Shown piece after piece: positions 50,760-64,000 of a stretch of 64,000 bases of DNA. Numbering within the stretch: position 1 is the stretch's first letter; every line of letters begins with the position of its first letter. The stretch is from Octopus vulgaris (Eukaryota). The DNA lies in NCBI GenBank assembly GCA_951406725.2, contig OX597819.1, positions 108,128,001-108,192,000 of the forward strand. Direction: 5' to 3'. A program made the translations under genes and the position numbers. The notes under the pieces were generated by a model, which worked only from the letters and a program-made list of their open reading frames with translations, ran no database searches and was not told the origin of the DNA.

Positions 50760-51530
50760 AATCAAAATCAAAGTAAAATTCGATGACGGGCAGGAGCACC
50801 ATACGAGCGTGACTGTTGACAGAGCGGCTAACTGGCTTTTGTGCCAGTGGCACATAAAAGGCACCATTCGAGTGTCATCGTTACCAGTGTTGCCTTACTG
50901 GCACTCATGTCCCATGCTAGTAGGGTGCTAAGAGCACCATCTAAGCGTGATTATTGCCAGAGCGGCTAACTGGCTTCTGTGCTAGTGGCATGTAGGAGGC
51001 ACCATTCGAGCGGGATCATTACCAGCATTGCCTTACTGGCACCTGTGCTGTTGGCATGTGTAAAAAAAAAAATTTGAGCGAGGTCGTTGCCAGTACCACC
51101 AGACTGGCTCCCGTGCCGGTGGCACATAAAAGCACCCACTACACTCTCGGAGTGGTTGGTGTTAGGAAGGGCATCCAGCTGTAGAAACTCTGCCAGATCT
51201 AGACTGGAGCCTGGTGCAGCCATCTGGTTTGCCAGCCCACAGTCAAACCGTCCAACCCATGCTAGCATGGAAAGCGGACGTTAAACGATGATGATGATGA
51301 TGATGATATATATATATATATATATATTGTGTGTGTGTGTGTGTGTGTGTGTTTGTCCTCCCACCATTGTTTGACAGCCAATATTGGTGTGTTTACGTCC
51401 CTGTAACTTAGTAGTTCAGCAAAAGAATAAGTACTAGGTTTACAAAGAATAAGTCCTGGGGTCAATTTGTTCAACTAAAGGCGGTGCTCCAGCATGGCTG
51501 CAGTCAAATGACGGAAACAAATAAAAGAAT
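50552..51530 (+). mobile_element. SINE family A copy interrupted in its internal (TA)n by an RTE 3' fragment (50757-51306)
   Basis: SINE head 50552-50715 and body resuming at ~51330. The insert ends in aaccgtccaacccatgctagcatggaaagcggacgttaaac(gat)n. Confidence 0.88.
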
Positions 51531-51799
51531 GTATTTGAATGAAAATACACATTCACCGTACTCTGAGGTATCTGTCACATATTTCCAACCCGAAATACTT
51601 TGTTCATGATGTTATTCCTGTTTCCTACTATCAACTATCAGTAATTAATCATTTCTGTCAGTAACTTCATAATAAATTATAACTAATCCAAAATAATTTG
51701 TGTATTTATTCTTCTTGTATTTAGATTCAAAATAAATAATAAAAAGATATCATATTTTTTGCATGGAAATTGAAAAAAATGTGTATGTCAAGAGGTTAA

Positions 51800-52020
51800 C
51801 CCTTTCATTACTGTATTTATTTTGAGATGCTCTGTTTTTCTTTCAATTATTTTTTATATAACCAAGAATTTAGTAAAATAACTTAGTTATCATTAAGCTA
51901 GTGTTAGGAACATAAATTGTGACTAAGGTTTGGCAGAAGATTTTAATTCAGAACTTTTGAAAACAAGACATTTGTGCTTCAGAGCCAGAGCTGGTTTCAG
52001 CTTGGTTGGTAACAAAGGGG
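51800..52020. mobile_element. piggyBac-type MITE
   Basis: TTAA|CCCTTT...AAAGGGG|TTAA. A decayed element with similar ends lies at ~25908-26044. Confidence 0.7.
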
Positions 52021-53188
52021 TTAAGGTGGTGAACTGGCAGAATCATTATTACCATGTCAGGGAAAATGCTTTGCAGTATTTCATTCATCTTTATATTCCA
52101 AATTCAAATTCCGTTAAGGTTGATTTTGCTTTTCATCCTTTTGGGGTTGATAAAATAAGTACCAGTTGAATACTGGGGTTGATGTGATTGAGTTATCCCT
52201 CTCTCGAAAATGCTGGCATTGTGCCAAAATTTGAAATCATTATTTATCTTTTAGTTGTTTCAGTCATTGGACTGTAGCCATGCTGGGTCCTTATTTTATC
52301 AACTCTGAAAGGCTGAAAGGCAAAGTCAACCTAAGCGGCGTTTGAACTCAGAATGTAAAGAGTCAGAAGAAATGTTGCTAGGCCTCTTGTCTGCGGCTGG
52401 TTTGCCTAATTTTAAAGGCAGTGCTCCAGCATGGCCATAGTCAAATGAATGAAACAAGTAAAAGAGTAAAAGAGTAAGTCTGCCAGCTTGCTGCCTTGGT
52501 ATGGTGTATAATAATGGCATGATCCAGGATGGAGAGCTGTGAATGGGTGACATGATCAATTAAAGACCAACAATGATGGCATCATAAGTACCAGTAATAT
52601 ACTGGTGCTACTAATTATATATAGTAGAGAAAGAGATAGGTAAACTAAGAGAGGGTGAGAGAGGGAAGGAGAGAGAGAGGAGAGAAAAAGAAGTAGACAA
52701 GGAACTGGAGAGAGAGAGAGGAGGAGGGAAAGAGAGGCAGAAAGAAGGAAATGAAGAGTGAGGGAAAAGAGAAGGAAAGAGAAGCTGAAAGAAACAGAGA
52801 GAGTGGAGGAGGGAAAGAGAGGCAGACGGAAGGAAATGAAGAGTGAGGGAAAAGAGATGGAAAGAGAAGTTGAAAGAAACAGAGAGAGAGAGAGAGAGAG
52901 AGAAAGGTTATTCACCTCATATAATGTAAAGGAGAGAGGAAGCAAAAGACAGTAAGAAATGAAATATGGGATGGAAATGTGGTGGGGAGATCAAAAAGAC
53001 AAGTCAGAAATAAATTCCAGGGACAACTACCACCCACACAAACAACTTATATATATCACCCCTCCTCCCACACCCAACCATACCAAACCTTCTTTTAGAT
53101 TCCAAAAATCTAAGAACTTGGTGGTGAATTCCGAAAATCCCAGACGCACCTACCACCTTCATACTTACATTTTTCTAACACAACTGCC

Positions 53189-53220
<32 letters not shown>

Positions 53221-54674
53221 CAATTATTATATTACTACCATTCCAACATATCACCACCACCACTTCTATCACCTTAATTATCATCATCATCACCACCACC
53301 ACCACTATAACCAATAGCCACAACTACCATCACCACGATCACTGCCACCGCCCCCGCCCCCACCACCATCACCACCATCATCATCATTCAGTTCCAAGAT
53401 AAGACATTCCAAGAGTTTTATCTACTCAGCAACTGGATGATTGCAAGGTTTCTCCATAAACTTTTCTCTGATAGCAGCAGCAGTTGTGGAGGTGATGGTG
53501 GTGGTGGCGATGGTGGTAGTAGTGGTAGTGGTGATGATGGTGGTGGTAGTTGTAGTGATGTTGGTCATGATGGGAATGGTGGCAGTAGTGGTGATTGTAA
53601 TTGATGATAGTGGTAGTTACAGTGATGGTTGTAGTGGTGGTGTTGTTGGCAACGATGGCGGTGGCAGAAACAGTTTTGGCAGTTGTGGTGGTGGTGGTTG
53701 TAGTAGTTGTAGTAGTATTGGTGTTGGTTCTGTAATGAAGGCTTGTTGTGGTTAACAGTAGAGTTGCGTATTGCATACAGTAATCTGAGAAGGAAGTAGG
53801 TTAATGGCCATAATCTTCTCTATACACCCCCACTATACACCATCAAACCAGTGAGCTACTTAGTGGTAGGTCAGCATATAAGAAATAGTAGCCAAATCTC
53901 TCTCAAATTACATCCTGCCATCTTATAAGGGAAAAATACACATCTGTACAATGTGGTCTCTGAGATAGAAAAAGTTGGGATGGTGTCAGTTGGAAGCCTT
54001 TTAACTATAAACTTCTATGCTCTGGATGGACAGGAGCTAAACAACAACAATAAATATAACAAAAGGGGACTGGAGGAGTCCTTAGTGATAATTAGGTACC
54101 ATTGATAGGGCTACTATTGAATTTGAACCACAACATTAGTTGTACAAAAGAGAAACAGAATGAGAGTCTTAGTGGCTGATGCTGCTACTGATGATGATGA
54201 TGATGATGACGATGATGGTGATGATGCTATTGCTGTAGTTGTGGCCATTGCTGTGGTTGTTTTGTTATTTTTTGCTGCTGAGTTTTTACAGTTATTGTTG
54301 TTACTATGGTGATATATTTGCTGTTGTGATTGTATTAGTGGTTGGTTTGGAATTGTTGTTGTTATTGAAGTGGTGGTGGTGGTGGTGGTAACTGAGGCTG
54401 TCATTGTTTTGGTTGCTTTCGTTGTTATTATTGATAGTGGTCATGGCATGTGGAGCGAAGAAGCAAATCATTGTTATGAAGCTAAAAGAAAATGCCTGCC
54501 ATGAACATACATGTGTCTGGCTCATGTTTAGGAGACACACATGAAAACATCAGAAATGGCTGACATCAAGAGAAAAGCTAAAAATGGAACAATCTCCATA
54601 CCACTTGGATTTGTAATTTAAGAGATACCCTTAAAAAACATAATCCCATTACCACTATCACCACCACCACCAAC

Positions 54675-54832
54675 TGGATTTGTACAGGGTTGATGGTCCA
54701 GCAATCTCAAGCCATATGAATTGTTACGTCATGGGTAAATTCAGGAAGAATATTATAAACATTTTCAAAGAATTTGACCTAAATATAACTGTTACTAACT
54801 TAACAAAGGTCAGTTTTCTGAACTTAACCCTA
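54675..54832 (+). pseudogene. Penelope-like element RT fragment
   Basis: GLYRVDG...KFRKNIINIFKEFDLNITVTNLTKVSFLNLTL resembles the PLE RT motifs GLYRDDG...KKxIIKIFKxxGLxITI..N...VxFLDVTL. Confidence 0.65.
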
Positions 54833-54962
54833 GAACAGTGGTCCTCAGCCAGGGTCCACATGTCCCTTGGGAGTCCTATATGCAACAAATTGATTATATC
54901 TCTACATCAAATATTTTTTATACTGTTTTTTATGATATTTAATTATAAAAATATGAATTTAT

Positions 54963-55916
54963 TCAGGAAGTTAAGCAAAACATTGAAGACAATCGAGGAA
55001 AACCAATGAGGTCAATTGCAAAAAAATTTCGTGTGTCAGAAAAAATAATCAGAAATGTTGTGCATGAAGACATCAGATACAAATCTTACATGATGAGGAG
55101 AGGTCAATTCATGTCAGAAAAAAACAACAGAAAACCATTTAATCAGATCCAAAAGACTTTTGAACAAACTTAAAAATCCATCAGAAGATGGTGTGATTTG
55201 TTTTTTTTCTCAGATGAGAAAAACTTTGACAAAGACCAGAAAACTAACAGAAGAAATGACAGATGGCAATGTGCAGACCCTTCTGAGGTTCCAAGAGAAT
55301 GCACACAAAATTTCCTGCAAGTGTCATGGTTTTGGGTGTTGTTAGCAATGAAGGACATGTGATGCCTCCTCACTTTTTTCCACAAGGCCTTGGGGTGAAT
55401 GCTGCTGTGCATATTGAGGTTCTGGATAAAGTTGTTAAGCCTTGGATCAACAGTGTATGCAATGGAAGACCTTATGTCTTTCAACAAGATTCTGCACCAT
55501 CACACAAGGTTCAAATGACACAAGAATGTATCTCTGACAATTTGCGTGATCGCATCACCCCCAATATTTGACCTCCTAATTCTCCAGATCTCAGTCCACT
55601 GGACTACTATGTATGGAGCATCGTTGAGAAAAATGTCAATGAACGCCCTCATAGCACTGAAGATTCTTTGAAAGCCACCATAGTTCGAACCATGTCCGGT
55701 ATGAACAAGGACCACTTAATCTGAGCTTGTAAACAATTTTGACCTTGTGTAGAGGCAGTTATTGATACTTATGGTGGTTTTATTGAATGAAAATATTAAA
55801 TTGATAATTTAGCTTTATGTTTATGCTATTTTTATAAAAATACAATTTTTTCTGTTATTATATAAGTGTTTGTTTTTAAAACCATACATCTGTCCTCAAA
55901 TACCATCTGCATCCTG
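54963..55916 (+). mobile_element. maT (DD37D) transposase pseudogene with right TIR
   Basis: MRSIAKK, FFSDEKNF, KFPASVMVLG, FQQDSAPSH and PPNSPDLSPLDY; 37 residues counted between the second and third D. Contains stops and frameshifts; ends CCTG|TA. Confidence 0.9.
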
Positions 55917-58740
55917 TATATACTGTATATGCATGTGTATACGTAAGTAGGTATTGGTACATATATGCATTATAGTTATTTCTATTTACATATGTACCTA
56001 TACATGTGTATATAAACATACAAACACACAGACAACATATGTGCACTCTTATAGTGACACATATTCATACTATTCAATAAACTGAAAAGATAATCTTTTA
56101 AAAACAAATTGCTATTGATAAACCCCCTTGGGTGTTTAATAAACCTTCTAGAACATTCCGTCTCTAAGAAAAATCACTAGTATTTTGTCCCTAATTCTTC
56201 CCATGCTATATCTATGTGTGTATGTGTGTGGGCAAGGGTAATAGAGGGAAAGAGAAAGAGAGAGAGAATGTGTCCGTGTGTGTGTGTGTGTGTGTGTTGT
56301 GCATAGATGGGTGGGTGTCTCACTTACCTCACTTGCCACTATACTCACACATACACAAACATATCTCATCATTTTACATCCACTTTCCATGCTGACATGG
56401 ATTGGTGAGTTTTCATAGTCCAAGTCAATTCTTATTTGGAATTTATAGCCCTCTTAGACTAGTCAGGAGACTACATTTTGTTTGTACATTCCAACTTTTG
56501 GCATGGCTTCATGGTTTCTACAGCTGGATGCACTTCCTAATACCAGCCACTTTACAGAGCATACTGGATATATTTTATAGTGGTACCAACCTTAGAAGGT
56601 TGTCGTGTCCTTGTCAAGACTAAAAGGTCCACTCAACCCTATGTTGTCTCTGTATACCAACCACTATACAAAATGTACTGGATGCATTTTGAAGCAACAC
56701 TAGCATTAGTGAAGTTGCCATGCATCCTGTAAGACAAAAAAGTCCTCGATACTTTATCGTGTTTGTTCATTCAAGTTATATGACCCAGAGGGTGATTCAG
56801 AGAGCCAGATAATTGGAACAAAGGTCTGATGATAGAAAAGAGATTTATAGGAGTGAGAGAGTAGTAAAAGGAAGAGAAAGAGATTGACAGATAGTAATAA
56901 AGGTGGAAAATGTTAAGAGAAAGTGATGCATGTCAGTAGTATGTGGCCTGATGAGAGGGAGTATAGGTGAAAAGGTGATGGTAGAATGTATTAGATACAT
57001 GTATATCAAAAGATTAACAAATGTATGACAAACCCCCATTTACATTATGCAAATCCAGCCTGGAATCCTTACACCAAAGAACTCATGGGAAAAAGTGAAT
57101 AAATACACATTTATACATACTAGCAGGAATTAATAGTAAACCTATTGGGTTATTTCTGAAAACTTTTTCCACAAAACCTGAAAGTGTAGCCTGTGTTGTG
57201 TCTGTATGGAAAGATAGTTGCTCATCTGCTACTCATTGTAAACTAAAAGAAATTGGAATACAATGTTTACTTAATGCACTTTATATATACACTTTATATA
57301 CTTTATGCACAATTTTATAGACTTAATACACAGCACTCATGAAATAAATATTCACTCTTATTTTTCCATTTTACCCCATAAACAAACAAAAAAAAATTGT
57401 CGTACATATGGTACAAACTTTAGTTAAATTGCACATATCTGCCATGTAAATAAGTGTGAATATTTCATGGAATTGCACTTATGCACATGCATTAAGTGAT
57501 AAGTGATATAAAAAACTTAGTTCAATTGAAATAAAAATACACTTTTCACTATCCAATCACTATCACCACCACCACCATCATCTTTCTCTCCCTCTTCTAT
57601 TTCTCTCTCTGCCTTTCTTTAACTTCACCATCAGAACATCACCCCTCTGCTAAAATTATATTTTTAACTCTCCTTCTCTACCTTCAACTAACATTTTTAA
57701 CGAGATAATAAATATTACATTCCTCCTACCTCACATCATGGACACTTCTCTCTCCCTTTTTCTTTCTTCCTCTTTCTGTCTCACTCTTCGCCTTATCCTC
57801 TTTTCCCCTCTCCTTTATCTTTCTCCTCTCTTTCCCTTTAATTAATTACAAGGAAGTGTTACAATTTCATTCCCTCTACCTCATGTCACACATGCTTCTC
57901 TCACCCTCTTCTCTCCCTCCCTCCCTATTTTTCTCTAATCACCTGAAAGTATTACCAACAGGCTAAGTAATGTAATAACAAACAGAATTATTATAAGAAA
58001 ACGTATTGTATTCAGTATTGTATTCAAACACACCTATTTTCCAGTTATATTTTTCCAAGCAAAGGTTTTTAATATTTTCATACATGTTCCTACACATTAA
58101 TCAATATTAATTTGTTACAACAGTGCCTCAACAGTTTCAATGGAAGTTCAGGACCCATAAGCTCCCAGCAATTTGTTCAGAACAGTAGAAATGTAAAATA
58201 TATCATCAATGTTTCTAGCTCTTCAAAGTCTTGTCATGAAATGAATTGTTGTAGGCATATGTTGGCTACCTTTTTATTAATGGCAGCTTAAACATTTCTT
58301 CTGTTTGTCTGTCTGTAGGTCTTTCTTTGTGTGTGTGTGTGTGTGTTGCATGGAACTATCCAAATCCATGTTAGTTGATACTTTTCTTTGCTTTTATGTA
58401 TATCTACAATATTTTTTAAGTATTGCACCTGCTTGCATAATATGCATTGTTATATAAACCAGTCATCGATCATTTGAAACAGCTGTAATGTTAAGACTTG
58501 ATTATATCATGTAAATTGTACATCCACATGCATACATGCAACTTTTCATATGCCTTACAATGATTATCTTTTGTATTTGTTTCCCCTTCCATACCATTCA
58601 ATTTCAATTATTCTTCTTGACTATCTTCTCCTGATGAAGAAACTGGAGTTTAAAATTCTGATCTCTTTGAGCACCACTGGGAGACAATCTATACCATGCT
58701 TAAAGTAGTATTTAATCACCCATTATTTCTATAAAAACAG

Positions 58741-58774
<34 letters not shown>

Positions 58775-58875
58775 GTATGTATGTGTGTGTGTGTACATAC
58801 ACACACACACACACCCATATACATACATAATATATATCAGACCTTCTGGCCAAAGGTACTTACGTACGTACCGTA

Positions 58876-58920
<45 letters not shown>

Positions 58921-59889
58921 TAAATAGATAGATAGATAGATAGATATGTAAATGTATACTTATAAAGATGTATATATACACATACATCCATACATACATA
59001 CACATAACTGTCCCTCAATCTCTCTCTCTCTTTACTACTCTGTCTTTCTATCTCTGCCTCTCTTTCTCTAATCCGTTCATCTCTCCACTCATTTTCTCCC
59101 CTTCACTCTCATTTACTTTTGTTTCACTTTCCTTTCTTCCAGCTTCTGCTCTCTTTCTCTCTCTCTCCCTCTTTTCTCTCTGTCATTATTCTTTCTCAAT
59201 CATATCCCTTCTCTTTCGGTCACTCATTCTCCTTTCCTATACTTCTTACTCAACCAACTCTCTCTTTATCATCGCCTTCGTCACCCTCCTCTCTCACACT
59301 TTCTCCCCATCTAACCATCCACCAATCTTATTATATCCTGACAAAATCCTGAAACATAATTAATTTAATCAACAAACCTACTGAGACACACAGACAGAAA
59401 TTGAAAAGCAAATACGAAAATACAATAAAGAAATGAAATCTAAAAATCTAAAAAAATAAACAAAATAATAAAACAAAAACTGGTTTCAAACCAATGAAAA
59501 CAAAATAAAATCATAAAAAATGTAATTATCGGTATATTCTATTTTAGTAAAAAGAAAATTAAATAAAAATAAAAGATAAGGGGAGGGGAATGAGAGAAAA
59601 AATAAATGAGACCTTGAAATTATGATGAAACTAAAGAGAACAGATAAGGAAGTGAGAGGGAGGAAATCTATAATAATTATCATTTTTATTTTGACTAGGC
59701 AAAAAATGTTAATTCTGTTGCTGAGGGAAGAGTGCACCCCCACCACCTACACATACACACACACACACATACACACACACATACATACATATATATATAT
59801 ATATATACATACATACATACACATGTATGCTTATGCACTTATCTTTTACTTGTTTCAGTTATCAGACAGCAACCATACCACATACATAC

Positions 59890-59943
<54 letters not shown>

Positions 59944-60169
59944 CATATATATATATACATACATATAAAAAGATATATTGTATGTATAACCAAAAGATTC
60001 CTGTCAAGGGTGAAACTACTATTCACTGTGAGGCAATCAGCTTTCCAATACCCCCATAAAATTTTTATTCTACAAATGTATCCAGTTTTCTCTTTCTCAC
60101 AGCTTGTCATATCTACTACACTACCTTTACTCTTTGATATACATATATACACATATATATATATATATA

Positions 60170-61185
60170 TAAGGATGGTGCAAAAATAACTGTGGTTTAT
60201 GTTATCTTAAACTTTGATGCTTATTTTGTAATAAACTCTTATTTAACTATGTTCATAGAATATACTATTTTGAAGTGAAAATTTCATTGTATTGATTTAT
60301 GCTAACAGTTTTGCATTTACTGCTTATTTTTGACTGTCAAATTAAAGAAGGTGGTAGGGGATATGTGGAAAAGCAAATTTTAGTGGTTTTATTGGAAATG
60401 GAAGGTAAAGGCAACTGCTTGTAACATCAGCCAGGTATTTTGCCAGGGTTTGCCAAGGTGTATAAAGTTCAATATTGGTTCTAAAAATTTTCTAGTAAAC
60501 ACAAGAGCCTTGAAAAATATGGTAGGTCATAAGTTGCTGAAGAACTAAACATTGACTGTTCAACAGTTCTTTCACATTTGCACAACACAAAAAGTAAAAA
60601 AAAAGCTTGACAAACTGATGTCATAGGAGTCTGCTTTCTCCTTCTTAGTGCAACAAAAACAATTCATTTCTTAATCGTGTTGGGATATATGGTGAAAAAT
60701 AACTAAAGCTGTTCCAAAGAGTGGATAGACTGAGATGATGTACCAAAACTAAGTAAAGTGGTACCAAAAAAAGGTTATGGTGACTAGTGATTGACAAGTG
60801 GAATTGTCCTCAACTATTTCTTGAATTCTGGTGAAGCCAATACAGTAGATAAATATTGTCAGGAAATCAACAAAATGCACCAAGAACTACAATATTAACA
60901 AGTAGCAAAAAGGACCGTTTCTTCTCAATAACAACACATTCTTCATCTCTTGCAGGTTATGAAACCCTCCCTTACCCAGCTTACTCCCCAGACCTCTCTC
61001 TGACCAATCATCACTTTTTCAAGCATCTCATTAACTTCCTGTAAAATTTTCAACAGCCAAGCAGCAGCAGCACAAAACACATTTTGAAGACTTCAAAGAT
61101 TTCATTAGTTTCAGTCTCCAGAATAAATATGCTTGTTTCTTGTTGGTAAAAGTGTGTAGATTCTAATGGCCATTATTTCAGTTAA
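60170..61185 (+). mobile_element. Heavily decayed mariner element
   Basis: Relics KKVMVT, TVDKYCQEINKMHQEL and GYETLPYPAYSPDLSLTNHHFFKHL. Confidence 0.75.
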
Positions 61186-61499
61186 TAGAAATTATTTTGA
61201 TCAGGAGAATCAAATCGAAGTTGACCATGGCGGCATTTGAAATCAGACTATAGAGATCCAAAACAAGTAAATGATAATTTGTTTTACTGGCTACAAGGGC
61301 CCAAGACACTGAGAATAGTCAAAACAGTGAAATACAAAAGAAAACTATAAACAATAAGGGATTTACATCAAGTAAATGGTTGAGGTGAACCAAACAATAA
61401 ACAAATAGATAATAATAAATAGCAATAACAAAATAAAAATAACAAAGGATGTCTAACTGAAGGACAGGGGAAAGGAACCACAATAACCGTAATGATAAT

Positions 61500-62190
61500 A
61501 GTAATTGCTTTTAATTTAGGTATAAGGCCAGCAAAATTTGAGGTGAGCCCAGTACATGACTGCTACTTAATTTTATTGACTCCAGAGAGAAGAAAGGTAA
61601 AGTTGACCTTAGCGGGACTTGAATTCAAAACAGACATGAAGAGTCATTCCATAAGGCTTTTTTTTTCTGATGCTCTTACAATTCTGCTAATCCACTACCC
61701 TAGTAATGATGATGATGATGACAATGATAATGATGATGATAACTGATCCAAATTATGACAGAAGGCCAGCAATTTTAGAAGGAAGGTGTTAGTTATTAAA
61801 TGAACCCCAGTACTTGAAAGGATGAAAGAAAATGTTGACTCTGGTGGATTTGAGCCTAGAATGTAAAGAGCCAGAAAAGAATGCTGCTAAGCATTTTGTA
61901 CAATGTGCTAATAATTATGCCAGCTCACTGTCTTCTTCTTCTTAATAATAATAATGGTGGTGGTGGTGGTGGCGGTTTCAAATTTTGGCTTAAGGCCAGC
62001 AATTTCAGGGGAGAGAGTAAATCGGTTACATCAATTCCAGTGCTCCACTGGTACTTATTTTATTGACTCCAAAAGGATAGAGAGGCAAAGTCAACCTTGA
62101 CAGAATTTGAACTCAGAATGTAAAGATAAACAAAATGCAGCTAAGCATTTTGCCAAGCATGCTAACAATTCTGTCAGTGTGCCATCTTAA
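61500..62190 (-). mobile_element. Three tandem diverged SINE family B copies separated by trinucleotide tracts
   Basis: Repeated aaggccagcaa...aaagt..ac..gaatttga..tcagaatgtaaag blocks. Confidence 0.75.
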
Positions 62191-62215
62191 CAACAACAAC
62201 AATAATAATAATAAT

Positions 62216-63840
62216 GGGAAACTGAAGACCTCACATTCAGTGGTGTTGGATGTTGATAGAGTCGTAAAAGAACTCGAGCAGGAACAAACTTACAAATACC
62301 TCAGAATAAATGAGGGCTCTGGCATTTAGCATGCAAGCATGAAAGAGAAGATCAGGAAGGAATGTTACAGGAGAGTTTGAACAGTCCTAAAATCCAAGTT
62401 AAATGCCAGTAACAAGGTGTGAGCTATAAATTCCTTAGCAGTTCTGGTTGTTATTTACAGTTTCAATGGGTTGAACTGGAATATGAGTGAAATAAGGAAG
62501 AGTGACAGGAAAATCTGTAAGCTGCTGACTTGATGCACCACCCAAAGGCAGATGCCAGATCGTCTTTACCTATCCAGAGCTCAAGGAGGTTGAGGCTTGA
62601 TCCAATTTCAAATCTACAAAACCACCACAGTTGGACTGACAAAATATCTTGAAACATCTAATGACCGGATGCTAAAGCTCATTGAAAACTGTGAAAGACG
62701 TAAGAAGCTTCATTCTGTTATGACGGAGAGCAAAAACTTTTCAAGTGAGTTTATGCATAATACCAAGGTTGGATAGCATGGGGGAAGTGCAGCAACTGTT
62801 GTTGCAAAGGTGAAATCAATAGCTAAGCAAAATGCACTTGAACAATTGGCTGATAGGTGAGAACAAAAACTTCTGCATGGCAAATATGTGGTCCATAGCA
62901 AACAAGTTAATGTAAACAGAAGCACATGCATCAGTGGTTACAGAGGTCAGGGCTAAAGGCAGAGAGTGAAGACTTTATCTTGGCTGCCCAAGATTAGAGC
63001 TTATTAACCTGGAGCTATCAAGCCAATGTGATGAAAAATGGTGTAGACCCAAAGTGCCAATACTGCAATGATGGGATAGAAACAGTTGGCCACCTGATCT
63101 CTGGATGCAAGGTTTTAGCACCTGTAGAGTACAAATCAAGACATGACAGGGTTGGCCAATATCTACATTGGATAATGTGTTGGCATTATTAAATCAAAAC
63201 TGCTGACAAACGATACAAGCACCACCCTGAGGCTGTAACTGAAGAAGAAAATGTAGCTATTCTTTGGGACTTCCCAGTATGTACAGATCGGACAATTAAG
63301 GCAAATAAACCAGATATTGTTGTGAAAGACAAAAAAAGCAATAAAGTCTGTTTATTGACTGACATGACCATAACATCTCGGCAAAAGAATTTGATAAGCT
63401 CAGAAAATATAAAGATCTGCTAATCGAAATCAAAAAGATGTGGCATCTCAAGATGGTTGCAATACCAGTGAATGTAGGAGCACTTGGAATGATAAAAAAA
63501 GGAACTGGAAATTATTTAAGAATGATCCCTGGCTTATCACCTATGCAGGAAGTGCAAAAGATTGTCTTAACTGGTACATCACATGTACTGAGAAGAGCAC
63601 TATCACTGTGATTATTTTCCCCTTTTTTCCTCCTTTATTTTATTTGTTTACCTTCTATTTTTTATTTTTTCCTTTTCTCTGTCTTCCCCTTTTTATCTAT
63701 CACACGACTCTGTAAATGAACAATTTGGTGTGCTTGTTTTAATGGCCTACCAATGTATACAGTATGTTTCTCTGCCCTAGGTATCAGGAAGCCACTTGGC
63801 AAAAGAAGGAAACAGAATTGAAAGAAGATGCTAATGAAAA
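62216..63840 (+). mobile_element. 5'-truncated R4/Dong-clade LINE (RT C-terminus, zinc knuckle, RLE endonuclease, 3' UTR), pseudogenised
   Basis: TYKYL, MKEKIRKECYRRV, MHHPKAD..DRLYLSRAQGG, FILAAQD, KCQYC..ETVGHLISGC..EYKSRHDRV, ILWDF...NKPDIVVKD, KYKDL and LRRALSL* (stop 63609-63611). (AAT/TAA)n lies on both sides. Confidence 0.9.
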
Positions 63841-64000
63841 TAATAATAATAATAATAATAATAATGCAGGACATGCCAGAAAAAAAAACCTCCAATATTT
63901 TACTTAACCATTGGAGTGATGCTAGTGAAGTAATGCCAGTGATTATGGTGTCTTCATGTAGTTAATGTTTTATCATTTCTTTTCAGTTTGCATCATGGTT

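Noticed and set aside
58625-58700. CTGATGAAG motif as a hammerhead
   Set aside because: There is no stem II closed by GAAA downstream. The same applies to CTGATGAAG at ~6327.
5049-60189. Numerous 60-190 aa ORFs rich in YI, HT, VC, poly-T, poly-H or poly-L
   Set aside because: They are translations of (TA)n, (CA)n and trinucleotide microsatellites or of SINEs, with no domain content or splice support.
29410-64000. Further upstream TMEM132 exons (candidates at 39475-39672, 42114-42401 and 44700-44830)
   Set aside because: No family similarity or paired splice sites were found by eye. The exons probably lie beyond the window, though a short divergent exon could have been missed.

Overview
This is AT-rich, microsatellite-dense eukaryotic DNA. 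The SINE, LINE and MITE families suggest a coleoid cephalopod such as Octopus (inference from repeat content only). One host gene is present: the 3' part of a TMEM132-family type I membrane protein on the minus strand, with five complete coding exons (24701-24558, 23636-23431, 20144-19880, 17854-17663, 14689-13451) whose splice phases chain correctly. A sixth, upstream exon (29407-~29275) loses its 3' end in a (TA)n/SINE junction. I found no further exons up to 64000, so the rest appears to be one large intron. Mobile DNA includes a CR1/L2-type LINE, a near-intact RTE LINE with a PHD-type finger inside its RT, R4/Dong-type LINE remnants, a Penelope-like RT fragment, mariner and maT relics, Helitron-type elements, hAT and piggyBac MITEs, and two tRNA-SINE families. 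The most interesting signal is a non-coding palindromic retroelement present twice (27388-27927 and 38206-38588). Each arm carries a minimal Penelope-type hammerhead ribozyme and a 3' hairpin. In the 27 kb copy each arm also starts with a tRNA-derived Pol III head, the arms are fused head-to-head, and the unit is bounded by a 12-bp target-site duplication. The two arms at a locus share private variants, which suggests fold-back synthesis during insertion.
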